Position numbers and translations under genes: made by a program. This document shows, one piece after another, positions 1 to 13,032 of a DNA stretch of 64,000 bases. The stretch is from NCBI RefSeq assembly GCF_009914755.1, contig NC_060927.1. One strand, written 5' to 3'. Every line of letters starts with the position of its first letter. The first letter of the stretch is position 1. The stretch comes from the human T2T-CHM13v2.0 reference genome, Homo sapiens. The notes beneath the pieces are model-generated. The model saw nothing but the letters and a program-made list of their open reading frames with translations. It ran no database searches and was not told where the DNA came from.

Positions 1-855
1 ACAACCTTAGAAGCTGGAGGGAGCTAGGAACTCGTGAGCCAGCAAGAGGTAGAGCTGAGATGCTAACACAGATCTCTGTGTCTGCCTCTGCAGCCCAAGA
101 TCTAAACCACTGCACTCACTGCTGCGCTCACCTGGGACATTCTGAACTCACTGGTTCAGGTGGGGTCTGGGGAGCATGCTAAGAAAAAGCTCCCCTAAGG
201 ATTGTAATTATGCTCTCTGTTGAATGCATTTAAATATATAAATGGACAATTAAAATCCATTAGACATATATAAAGAATCACCAGCATGAAGGAGAGAAGC
301 CCAGCTGCACAAGACAAGCAAATGACCCGAGTGAATTAATGGAGGGAGAAGGGAGAGCTTTTTACAAAATTGTGATTTGATCTCCTAGTGAGATTCAGCA
401 GGACAGTGCTTCAATAATTTGTATATAGACTGCTATGAGAAATGAACAATCAGAGAACCAGAGTGACCCTGGATATGAAAAACATGGTTAAGTAAAAACT
501 CAGTAGAGGATGTACAAATAGTAGGGAAGACACTGCTGAAAAGCCCATCAATGCACGAGACTGTTAAACCACACAAAACCAAGACAAAGAGTGGGAAGTG
601 GACAGACACAAAGAGTAGAGTGAGGTTTGCTATAACTTTCCTCTTCTGGAGTGGGAACTCCAGAAGGAGAAAATAAAGTGGATGGGAGAGAAGCAACGCT
701 AAAATTAATTATGGAAGGAAAACATTCTCCTGAGCCAAAGAAAAACACGGATCTTTAGATCAAAGCACTCAGATTCAGATTCCTGAATTCCAAGGGTAAA
801 GGCAAATTATTATAAAAGGCAAAAAAACTTATAGATACCGGGGGGGAAAAACAGA

Positions 856-1023
856 CAGGCGTGTTGGTGTGCACCTGTAGTCCCTGCTACTCAAGAAGCT
901 GAGGAGGGAGCATCACTTGAGCCCAGGAGTTCGAGATGGCAGTGAGCTGGGATCACACCACTGCACTCCAGCCTACTAGGTGACAGAGCAGGACCCTGTT
1001 TCTTAAAAAAAAAAAAAAAAAAG
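856..1023 (+). mobile_element. Alu monomer (FRAM/FAM-like)
   Basis: cacctgtagtccctgctact...atcacaccactgcactccagcct followed by an A-tail. Confidence 0.85.
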
Positions 1024-1501
1024 AGGAGAAGAAGGAGAAGAAGGAGAAGGAAGAGGAGGAGGAGGAGGAGGAGAAGGAGAAGAAGGAGAAGGAGGAGGAG
1101 GAGGAGGAGAAGGAGAAGAAGAAGAAGGAGGAGAAGGAGAAGGAGCAGAAGGAGAAGGAGGAGGAGGAGGAGAAGGAGGAGGAGGAGAAGGAGGAGGAGG
1201 AGAAGGAGGAGGAGGAGAAGGAGGAGGAGGAGAAGGAGGAGGAGGAGAAGGAGGAGGAGGAGAAGGAGGAGGAGGAGAAGGAAAAGGAGGAGAAGGAGAA
1301 GGAGGAGGAGGAGAAGGAGGAGGAGGAGGAGAAGAAGAAGAAGAAGAAGGAGAAGAAGGAGGAGAAGGAGGAGGAGAAGGAGGAGGAGGAGAAGGAGGAG
1401 GAGGAGAAGGAGGAGGAGGAGAAGGAGGAGGAGAAGGAGAAGGAGAAGAAGGAGAAAAGGAAGAAGAAGAAAAGGAAGAAGAAGGAGGAGGAGGAGGAGG
1501 A
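1005..1501. repeat. ~497 nt polypurine (GAG/AAG)n tract
   Basis: Only one pyrimidine (C1146). Internal 15-mer gaggaggaggagaag is reiterated. Confidence 0.97.
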
Positions 1502-1539
1502 TATCTACAAAAGAAACAATTCTAGAAGTAACATTTTTA

Positions 1540-1948
<409 letters not shown>

Positions 1949-2183
1949 CTAGAATTTCTAGACACCCAGAATTCATTCACGTGTGAAGGAAAAAGGACAC
2001 TTTCAGATACAGAAAGGCTTAGAAATTATACTCGTGCTATTTCTGTTAAAACTTGTTTGAGAAAATACTCCAGACAAACAACAACAAAAAATTCAAATAA
2101 GTAACTCAAAAATTGATAGGGTGTGGAACACAAGAAGCTGTTTGTAGTGAGCAATGAAACCAGTAAAAGTTTAGTTAATTCTA

Positions 2184-2530
<347 letters not shown>

Positions 2531-2929
2531 TTTTTAAAAAAAGAAATTGAGAGAAATAACCACAAGTTTGGATATTTAAAAGGCAATAATAGTCTGTTTT
2601 GTATCACTTTATATCAATACACATAAAAAGAAAAATTAAGTGGAAAAAAATGTGTATTTTCATAGGAAAATATAAATCAACAAAATGAAGTTAAAAACTT
2701 ATAAGAAATTGAAAAGGTAATAATCAGTCTTTCTCCAAACAAAAGTTGGTAGGCCCACATGTTTTTTGATTGAATTTTTACCAATTCTTCAAGGAAGAGA
2801 AAATTCCAATCTTTTCTTTGATTTTCCCAAGCATAGTAAAAGTTGGCCACCTTTCCAGTTCATTCTTTGAGGAAAAAATAACATTGCTGTTAAAACTGTC
2901 AAATAGTATAAAACACACAGAATCTGCTG

Positions 2930-4350
2930 TGTAGACAGAGACAAACGGAAGGGAATAGAGGCCAGAAATTTGATTTAGTGAATGAGATTCTATGTTGGCA
3001 TTCGATGAGATTCAAAGTTAGCATTTTAAGTTCAACGATAAAATGGTGGATTACTCAATAAATGATTTTGGGAAAATTGAATATCCATTTCAAAAAAAAT
3101 AAAGTTAGATCTGTATCTCAGTATAAGTCAAGATAAATTCTCCATGAATTGCAGACATACACAATCCCCCAAAACCAACAACTAAAAATTAGTGTAAGAA
3201 AACACGGGCCAGGTGCGGTAGCAAGTGCTTGTAGTCCCAGTTATTGAGGAGGCTGAGGTGGGAGGATTGCTTGAGCCCAGGAATTTGAGGCTGTAGTGTG
3301 CTATAATTGTGCCTGTGAACAGCTACTGCACTCCAGCCTGGGCAACATAGCACGGTCTCTTAAAGAAAAAGAAAATAGGGGAGGATATTTTATTTTACAG
3401 TCTTGGATGGAAGAAGGCTTTTTTCCTTAGCATGACGTCAAAGGTCAGAAACTCCAAAGGAAAATATCAATTATTTAACTACCTTAATTTTTAAGTTTTC
3501 TGCATGAATTCTGGTGGAGAGAAATCTGTGAATATTTAAAATGCATATACCCTTTGACATAATAATTCCAGTCTTAGAGAATTTACTTACAGATATACTC
3601 ACACACTTGTGCAAAGATTTATGTAGAGGCACACCTCATTTTATTGCGTTTGGCTTTATTGAACTTTGCAGATAATCGTGTTTTTTACAAACTGGAAGGC
3701 TTGTGGCAACCCTATGTCACACAAGTCTATTGGTATCATTTGTCCAAATGCGCGTGCTCACTTTGTGTTTCTGTGTCTGCATTTTTTAGCAATAAAATAT
3801 TTTTAAATTAAGACATGGATATTGTTTTCTCAGACATAATGCTATTGCACACTTAGACTACAGTATAGTGTAAACACAGCTTTTATATGCACTGGGAAAC
3901 AGAAAAAAAGTGTAACTTGTTTTATCATGTTATTCACTTTACTATGGAGGTCTGGAATATAATCCACAATATCTTCAAGATATGCCTGTAAAGATATTCA
4001 TTTTGACATTGTCTATAATACAAAAAACTTGGAATCAACCCAAATGCGTAAAACTAGTGTGCTGGTTACAAAAATTATGATAAACTCATTTAATGGAATA
4101 TTATGCAGCCATTAAATCAAACTAGGTCTAGTTATAGAAAGATGCCCATAATAAGTAAAAACAAAATTTGTAATTCACTGTGTACAGCATAATTTCATTT
4201 GTATTTTTGAATAATATGATTGTATATATGCCGAGAAAACTTTTTTTAATGTGTAAACATAACTACTACACTTCTAGGGCGGGGGTATTGGGTGAAATTT
4301 GGATAAAAGAAGAAAGGCTGAAGGGAAATGTTTACATTTAACTTCAAACA
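2930..4350 (+). mobile_element. Highly diverged L1M(E)-type ORF2 3' end and 3'UTR fragments, interrupted by an Alu monomer (~3207-3372) and Tigger1
   Basis: ctcaataaatg, ccctttgac...aattcca and aatggaatattatgcagccattaaa motifs. Confidence 0.65.
3626..3988 (+). mobile_element. Internally deleted Tigger1 (TcMar) with both termini and TA target duplication
   Basis: ta|gaggcacacctcattttattgcg ... aatatcttcaagatatgcctg|ta, interrupting an old L1 3' fragment. Confidence 0.85.
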
Positions 4351-4365
4351 AAAGTTCATTTGTTC

Positions 4366-4413
4366 GAGAGAGAGAGAGAGAGAGAGAGATATATATATAT
4401 ATATATATATATA
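4366..4413. repeat. Compound (GA)n(TA)n microsatellite
   Basis: Seen directly. Confidence 0.95.
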
Positions 4414-6202
4414 GTGTACTACATATATAGTTAAGTGGGAATTCTGTGTATGACAAAGTTGGCATTTTAAGTTGAACTATGAACTATTGTTCACTATAAA
4501 TGAACATATATATAATTATATACATATAATTATTTATGACATAAGACACCACAAATAAAGCAAAGAGAATATCTGTTGAAAATATTTACAACATGACAAG
4601 TGGTTAGCAGCCTTAATATGTAATTAGCTATGACAAATCATTAAGAAAAAGATGAAATAAAAAGATGATAACAGCAGCTATGATTTACATAGCAGTTACT
4701 GTATGTAGGTTTTAACTTAATTACCGTTATAACAATCCCCTAATGTAGGTACTATTATTAATCCCAGACCTGAAGAGCTTAAGTCACTTGCTCAAAGTTA
4801 AAAATAGCAAGTGACAGTGTAGAAATTCAAATGCACGCAGTCTGCTCTAGAACCTAAGCTATAACTGAGGGGCCAAAAATACAGAAAGCAACTTATCAGA
4901 GAGAACAAAAATGGCTAATATGAAATTGTTTAGTCATATAATTTAAAAAAGCATATATTTTAAAACATCAGACTGCGAGGAATTGGTAGTGGTGGTATGG
5001 AAGAAAAAATCTTGCTCCGTTACACACACTCTTGATGGGAATGAAAAGTAATATACCTTTTTTTGTATCAAAATTATATACTATGTATCAGCATAGAAAA
5101 TGTACAGATTCTTTGATTCTACTTCCAGGAAATTATTCTGAGGAAATAATTGGATAAATGAATCAAGATGTATACACACAAGGATTTCCATTCCAAGAGT
5201 GAAAATTTGGGGGAAAAATATAAATCATATATAAATATACACACACACACACGCACATACCTACACAGAAACACTGGTTATATCTAGGTTAAGGAAAAAC
5301 TTGCACGTTCTGCATTTCTGTATTATTTGCTGCTTCTTTTTTAGGATCAGAGAAATGTGTTTTTTGGGAAATTCAAAAGTACATACTCCCTGCTTCTTAA
5401 ACACTATGCACATATTACTATTATAACCAGAAAAACAGTAAAAAAAAAAAAAAAAGGGGGGGGGTAAAGTTTTCCTACACACACATATGCATTAAAAATT
5501 CCAGAGTTCGGAAACCAACCTAGGTGTGGATGAGCCAGTTATAAGGAGGGACACAGACTCCCTGACCTTTGGATGCTAAAAGCAAAAGCATCAGAACTTT
5601 GTGATATACAAAAGCAACCAAGAAATATCTTAGTTCCTTGAAATTTGAATGCCTATGTGACAGGAAAACAATACTTTAAGTATTTAAAGTATCTCCACCA
5701 CCCTATGCTGCTGTTCTCAGGAGTCCTGGGCCCACCAGGGAAGCCCACAGGTCTGCTGGGCCCACCAGGGAAGCCCACAGGTCTGCGGTGTGGACTCTCC
5801 AGGTATCACTCCAGGAATAGCCTAGGTCCTGCACAGGTGGGCAGTGAGGGCCGCCTCCATGCCATTGGACCTGCACTTCTGCAGCTGCATGAAGGAGATG
5901 TCTGCAGAAGCCATCATGTCTCAGTCAGTCAGTGTACTGGATTAGAAGCTACTCTAATATTGACCCATGGAATCAAGATCAGAATTACCTGGTTGTTTTT
6001 GTTTTGTTTTTAGTTTAACAATTTTTTATTTAAAACCTATTTTACAAATAACAGGAAACACATATTTTAGCAAAATGGTTATTCTACTATTTTAGTAAAA
6101 ATCTGAGATATAAAGGAAGCTTTCCAACTAGCAAAACCTATTTTCAAGTTTAGAAAATATTCTGCTATTAAAAGAAAAATTCTCTCCTTGTTAAATTTAG
6201 TT

Positions 6203-6425
6203 CAGGGGTCAGCAAACTTTTTCTGCAAAGGAGCAAATCATAAATATTTTAGGCTTTGTGGCTCATGTGATCTGTATGTATCTACTCAGCTCTGCCACTA
6301 CAGGGGGAAAGCAGGAATAGATAATATGTATATAAACAGCCATGGCTGTGTCCCCTAAAAAACTTTATTAATGAAAATAAATGGTGAGCTAGATTTGGCC
6401 CTCAGGTTGTAGCATGCTGACTCCT
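6203..6425 (+). mobile_element. MER58A (hAT-Charlie)
   Basis: caggggtcagcaaactttttctg...taaatattttaggctttgtgg...tgctgactcct terminal inverted repeats. Confidence 0.85.
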
Positions 6426-6440
6426 ATATTTGAGATTACC

Positions 6441-6749
6441 AATTTATTTATTTATTTATTTATTTTGAGACAAAGTCTCACTCTGTTGCCCAGGCTGGAG
6501 TGCAGTGCCACGATCTCAGCTCACCGTAACCTCCGCCTCCAGGGTTCAAGTGATTCTCCTTGCCTCAGCCTCCCAAGTAGCTGGGATTACAGGCGTGCAC
6601 CACCACACCTGGCTAATTCTTGTAGTTTTAGTAGAGACGGGGTTTCACCATGCTGGCTAGGTCAGTCTTGAACTCCTGACCTCAGGAGATCCACCTGCTT
6701 CAGCCTCCCAAAGTGCTGGGATTACAGGCGTGAGCCATCATGCCCGGCC
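6441..6749 (-). mobile_element. AluS
   Basis: Reverse Alu dimer flanked by agattacc duplication. Confidence 0.92.
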
Positions 6750-7146
6750 TAGATTACCGATTTTAGAATTGGTCTAATTTATTATGCCCTTTTTCTCTCC
6801 CCACTTATATTACCTATACTAAGAGGGTAGCCTAACGTTTGAGGTTATCTTCTGTGGGGCTGTATGTACAGCCTCTCTCCCAAGAAATGATGATGTGCCT
6901 CAATGCCACTTGGTTGTACCTCATTGGGCCATTCTCAGATCTGACAGCAAAAATACAGAGATGTGAAACTCCCAAGCTATTCTTACTGCTTGGCGCAGCC
7001 ATGTGACTGACAGCTGCCACAATCCCTCATACTGCATCTTCAGGCTACTCAACACACAAGGCTCAGTGTCAGTCCCCTCCTTCAGTTTAAGGGGAAATGA
7101 TATAACTAAAGAGGTGGTATGAAGAGATTTAGAAATGACTCAGGGG

Positions 7147-7592
<446 letters not shown>

Positions 7593-8421
7593 CTACTGGG
7601 AATTCACACAATGTGAAGCCTACCCCAGAAAGCACTTCTCAAAAGAACAGAATGGCTGAGGCAATGTTCACCCACCTGATTCTTCCCATTTAAACAGCAT
7701 AAACATTGGGGGAAAGTTTGCTTTTAAAAATAAGCAGTCTGCGTAGAGAAAAATTAGGAATGAAAAAAAGCTGTCAAGTATCCTGAGCCCCCAATTTGGT
7801 AATGTACTGATCTTGAATAATGCTTGTGAATGAAAGCAATAAGTAAAACACTCACAAAATTCACATTTCTTCTTCTGTTGTGAACAAATACTTATTGAGA
7901 ACTTACTAAATACCAGGCATTGTGCTAAGTGTTTAGACATAAACAATGTATGTAATATTTTCTTTTAAAAATTGCCTATTAATAAGACAATACATTTGAC
8001 TTGTAAACATAGGTAGAAACTGCACATGTATGTATGTAGATATATATCTCTCTTCAAGAATCATCCAGGTACCCTATATATTTTAATAAATTACCATCAC
8101 TCATGAAATGTTCTTATTTGAGCTAACAAGTTCTTTTCTATAATAAATTAGCTTCTAGTTGATGAATTTGCTATGAGTTTCTTTCTTTGCTAGTTATGAC
8201 ATACTATATTTAAGAACACGTGTTTAGAGGATTGGTTTAATATTAAGTTGCCCATTAGGAAGAAGTCCTAAGAAATGTTGAGTTCAACCTACATTGGATT
8301 CATCTCTACTCGAGCATGGCCTTTAAATGAAAGCTTCCGTTCTGATTCCACACAGCAGAGGCATGCTGCTGCCTGGAGGTGCCCAGCGCATAAGCAAACC
8401 TCCACAAGCTGAGCTACTTAC

Positions 8422-8550
8422 AGTGAAGGGGTGGTAGGGGGCAGCGGGGGGAGCTCCGCGGGGCCCTGCTGGTGGAGATAGCACGGACAGTCCTGTTGAA
8501 AAGATGCCAAGTGCGCTGAGGTTCAACCCTGGGATCAGATTGGCTTGTTG
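8422..8550 (-). CDS. IGF2BP2: IGF2BP2 exon 10 (129 nt, 43 aa cassette exon): [43 protein letters not shown]
   Basis: tcccag|CAACAAGCC...TTCACT|gtaagt, phase 0-0. Established knowledge: the p62/IMP2-2 isoform lacks 43 aa in this linker. Confidence 0.96.
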
Positions 8551-8859
8551 CTGGGAATAGAAATGGAGAAAAAAGATGAAGGGAGGAGACCAGAGAGGCC
8601 CGCACGCCTGGGTCAACCTCCCTCTCTTGTCTTAATGGCACCAGCGTCTCCTAATCAGCTCTGCCCAGGCTCTTCCTACCCTGTATCAGAGGTGGGTGCC
8701 ACATCTTAACCTGACCATGGTGTTCCTTCAAGGCTTCTCTGCCACACTTGGGCATGTCTACATATCTTGTCATGGAAAATGAGGCTCTTCCTGGGGATGG
8801 CAGCCACCTTGCCAGCCTCACTCCTGCTAACCCTTCATCTCCAACCTGGCCAGTCCTGT

Positions 8860-9220
8860 TTCCTAAATACCTCTGAGCCCCTTCACATGCTATTTATTTC
8901 CTAGGCAAGGAAGTGCTTTTCTCCCTTCTCACCTGGCTAAGTCCTACTGACCTGTGGGTTTCACCTGAGCATAGATTACCCCTCATGCAGGAAGCTTTCT
9001 TTCATCCCAAAGATCAGCTCAAATGCCCTGTCTGTGCTCTCCAGCATTCCTGTTTCCCTAAGACAGCACTCATTACATGGTATGTGAATAGCCTGTTTAG
9101 TTACCTCTTCCCCTTTCAGACTAGAATTTCCTTGCAAACAGAGAATGTCTTACTTAGTGTCGTGTTCTCAGTGCCTGGTATATAGTAAGTACTCAATAAA
9201 TATTTGTTGAATGACTGTTT
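8860..9220. mobile_element. L2 3' fragment
   Basis: cagtgcctggtatatagtaagtactcaataaatatttgttgaatga terminus. Confidence 0.7.
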
Positions 9221-10726
9221 AAAACAAATTGGATTAACAGTGTTTTCCAACTCTATCCATGGAGAGATCAGATTCTTCACATGATGTAAATTCCCACATA
9301 CGTAAACTCCATTAGCCAGGTTCGGGATGGTTTACAACTTTGTCTCTTTACTATTTAGTTGTCGGCTTTGTGATCATCTTGCTTGCTTGCTTATCTTACA
9401 TTTCTACATGGGGATGGTCACACAGACTGGGGGTGGGTTTAGCCACACAGCTCTTCAGAGGCAGAGGAACGTGGTCACCCATTCCAGGCTGTGTCCAACC
9501 TGCTTCCATCTTTGTCTCCCTGAACATGAAGCAATTTCCTAACATTTTCTAATCTTTGTCTACATTCACACTGTAACTTGCCTTTTTCTTTTTTTTAGAA
9601 CTTTTGGAATAGCAGTGCTCGTATCCTTCATCTTTACCTCATTTTGTCTATAAGATGTAGTAATTTTGTTATTCACCTACCAGTGCGTGACTTTGGCACA
9701 GACATGAATGAACCTAAGTGGTAAGCTCAGGTGAAGATGTATGAATCACTCAGGCCCTTCTGTAGCTTTTCCAGGTGTTCACAGAAAGAGATGTTTACCA
9801 CAAGATGTCAAGAACCCACAGGAAGAAAATGAGATTGTCAGATGATACTTCCACAAATATATCCAAACATGGGGAGAAGACACCACTGCAGTCTCCTGCT
9901 CTAGCTCTTCTCATCACACCTCATAATTGTCATGTGACGTGGGCTGCTAAGGTGGGGGTCGGGGTGAGATGGGGACAGATTACTGCCTGGAGTATAGAGG
10001 GTACAACAGAAAGTGCTGCAGTGAGGGACCTGGGTTTAATCTAAAGAGTGCTTTGTCGACATTTATTTCTCTAAGAAATATTATCAGGTCTGAGATTTGC
10101 TTCAAGGTCATCCAACAGGTATGGAAAGTGGATGTGGATGAGGGTTTAGAGGAAACAAAACAGGTGGTGAGTTGATAACTGCAAAAGGTGGATTATGGGT
10201 ATATGAGGACTTATTGGAGCATCCATTCACTTTTGTATACATCCAAAAAAATCTAATTAAAAAGTGAAAAAAATTTACTCCTCTGAGCTGAGCTGGACTT
10301 TTGCTGATGGCCAATTATTTTAAAGGTTTTTGTTTGTTTGTTTGTTTTTTGAATGCCGGATCAGTGTCTCCCCATTAAGAGTAAAAATTAGGTAGCAATC
10401 ACAGGAAGGACAAACCTAATGAGTCTGCTACAAATATACAGTAAAGGCTCAACTGGTTGACAACATTTATCAGGCAATCTAAAAGTGCAGATCAGCAAGC
10501 AAGGGAGGAAAATCAGAAGTTAACTTTAAAGCATGCATTTTTAAAATTTAAAAAGTAACAGGACAATATTATGTAAGGTTCAGAAGGCTACATACATGGA
10601 AAAAATCCCACTTTTCTAATGTGCCAGCTATTTTCATTTTTGTATGTAGCCTTCCAGTCATTCTGATCCATGCTGTTTTACATAATTGTAAATTTACTTA
10701 TATACTTTTATATCTTGCTTTTCTTA

Positions 10727-10880
10727 TTTAGAGATGGGGTCTCACTCTGTTGCCCAGGCTGGAGTGCAGTGGTGTAATGCCAGCTCACTGTAGTCTCAAC
10801 CTCCTGGGCTCAAGTGCTCCTCCTGCCTCAGCCTCTTGAGTAGCTGGGACTATAGATGCATGCCACCACACCCAGTTATT
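10727..10880 (-). mobile_element. AluJ right-arm fragment
   Basis: gagatggggtctcactctgttgcccaggctggagtgcagtgg...gggctcaagtg. Confidence 0.85.
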
Positions 10881-11166
10881 CTTGCTTTTCTTTTTTTTTT
10901 TTTTTTTTTTTTATTCTTGCTTTTCTTAATAAACACTATATCATAAGCTTTTCCTTATTTCAGTCTTCAAAGTTATAATTTTAATGTCTTCACGTGATGT
11001 TGTCCAGCGCACTTATCATAATTTACTAGTTGGTTTCCTGATTATTTTAATGCTTTTATCCTAGGAAGTCAGGAAAAACTCTGCATACCTATCCTAAGGC
11101 ACTTCCTCATTAGCTGAATGGCAAGTATTTTTAGCCTAGTGAAAACCAGCGGAGAAGAAAGCATTA

Positions 11167-11457
<291 letters not shown>

Positions 11458-11669
11458 TTATTTCAAATCTTACCAGTGATTTAGATCACATCCATAGTGA
11501 AAAATGTCTACCTGGTAAGTATTTATGTATTTTTTTAAAAGATGATGGAGATAATTGCATCACTTATGATTATATTCCCATTTTAGGGAAAAGTAGATGA
11601 ATGAACTAGACGTATCGAAATGCTCAGGTGTTCCATTATTGGGCATGAGTAATCTGAGTAAGTGGCTTA

Positions 11670-11822
<153 letters not shown>

Positions 11823-11924
11823 TCAGATACGTATAACGGTTGTCTCCCAAAAACCATTACCTTGCTTTTTTCTTATAAATGGAAGTCATTTTGTTCAGGT
11901 ACCAAGTGATGATGGGATTTGGGA

Positions 11925-12110
11925 GAGGTCAGGTCCCTCACCGACCCCAGTTCATGAATTTTGATTAACATAAGCCAAACCATGGTAATTCTACTCCCTC
12001 GTAGTAGCTGGTTGGAAGTGGATCCATGAGGCTGATCTGGCCAATGAGGGTATTACAAGAACTCTATTGGGTGAAGAATGTTCTCCTTGCTCTTAAAAAA
12101 AGGTACAAGG
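11925..12110 (+). mobile_element. 5' part of an old MLT1 (J/K/L-like) MaLR LTR split by the L1
   Basis: taagccaaaccatggtaattct and tctggccaatgag motifs. Continues after the L1 at ~19679. Confidence 0.55.
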
Positions 12111-12275
12111 GAGAGTGACGTTAGCAAGATGGCAGACTAGGAAGCCACAGGTCTCTTTCCCCCTCACACACACCTCAAATTAACAAGAGATAGACCAGAA
12201 CACCTCTGTGAGAACTCTAAAGATCAGCTGAGAAGCTATAATATGAAGTCCGCTGTAAACTAAAGAGGAATTCCA

Positions 12276-12560
12276 GGCCGGGCGCCGTGGTTCACGCCTG
12301 TAATTTCAGCACTTTGGGAGGCCAAGGTGGGCAATCGCCTAAGCCCGAGAGTTCAAGACCAGCCTCGGCAACATACTGAAACACTGTCCTTACTAAAAAC
12401 ACAAAATTAGCCAGGCATAGTGGTGCATACCTGTAGTCCTAGCTACTTGGGAGGCTGAGGTGGGACTGCTTGAGCCAGGGAGGCCAAAGCTACAGTGAAC
12501 CATGATCACACACTTCTGCACTCCAGCCTGGGCTACAGAGCAAGACCCTGTCTAAAAACA
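12276..12560 (+). mobile_element. AluJ within the L1 5' region
   Basis: ggccgggcgccgtggttcacgcctgtaat... with J-type gcttgagccagggagg. Confidence 0.88.
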
Positions 12561-12565
12561 ACAAC

Positions 12566-12929
12566 TATATATATATATATATATTTACTGGAGATATATA
12601 TATATGGAGATGTATATATATATATATTTACTGGAGATATATATATATATGGAGATATATATTTACTGGAAATATATATATATTTACTGGAGATATATAT
12701 ATATGGAGATATACACTTACTGGAGATATATATATATATTTACTGGATATATATATATGGAGATGTATATATATTTACTGGAGATATATATATGAGATAT
12801 ATATTTACTGGAGAGAGAGACATATATATATGGAGATATATATACATATGGAGATACATATATATGGAGATATATATATATGGAGAGATTATATATATGG
12901 AGAGATATATATATATATATGGAGATATA

Positions 12930-13023
<94 letters not shown>

Positions 13024-13032
13024 TATATATAT
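12566..13032. repeat. AT-rich minisatellite with TTTACTGGAGA/TGGAGA cores in (TA)n, ending (TA)n(GA)n
   Basis: Eight (T)TTACTGGA cores, then TGGAGA cores. Grows out of the AluJ tail. Confidence 0.95.

Noticed and set aside
1024-1500. Poly-Glu/Lys coding region
   Set aside because: Stop-free only because it is all purine; it grows from an Alu tail with no start codon or splice support.
3433-3440. Perfect CRE palindrome TGACGTCA
   Set aside because: A single 8-mer in an L1 remnant; roughly chance expectation in 64 kb.
5645-6013. 122-aa ORF with collagen-like GPPGKP repeats
   Set aside because: The repeat comes from the 30-bp DNA duplication, Gly-X-Y periodicity is not maintained and the start is TTG.
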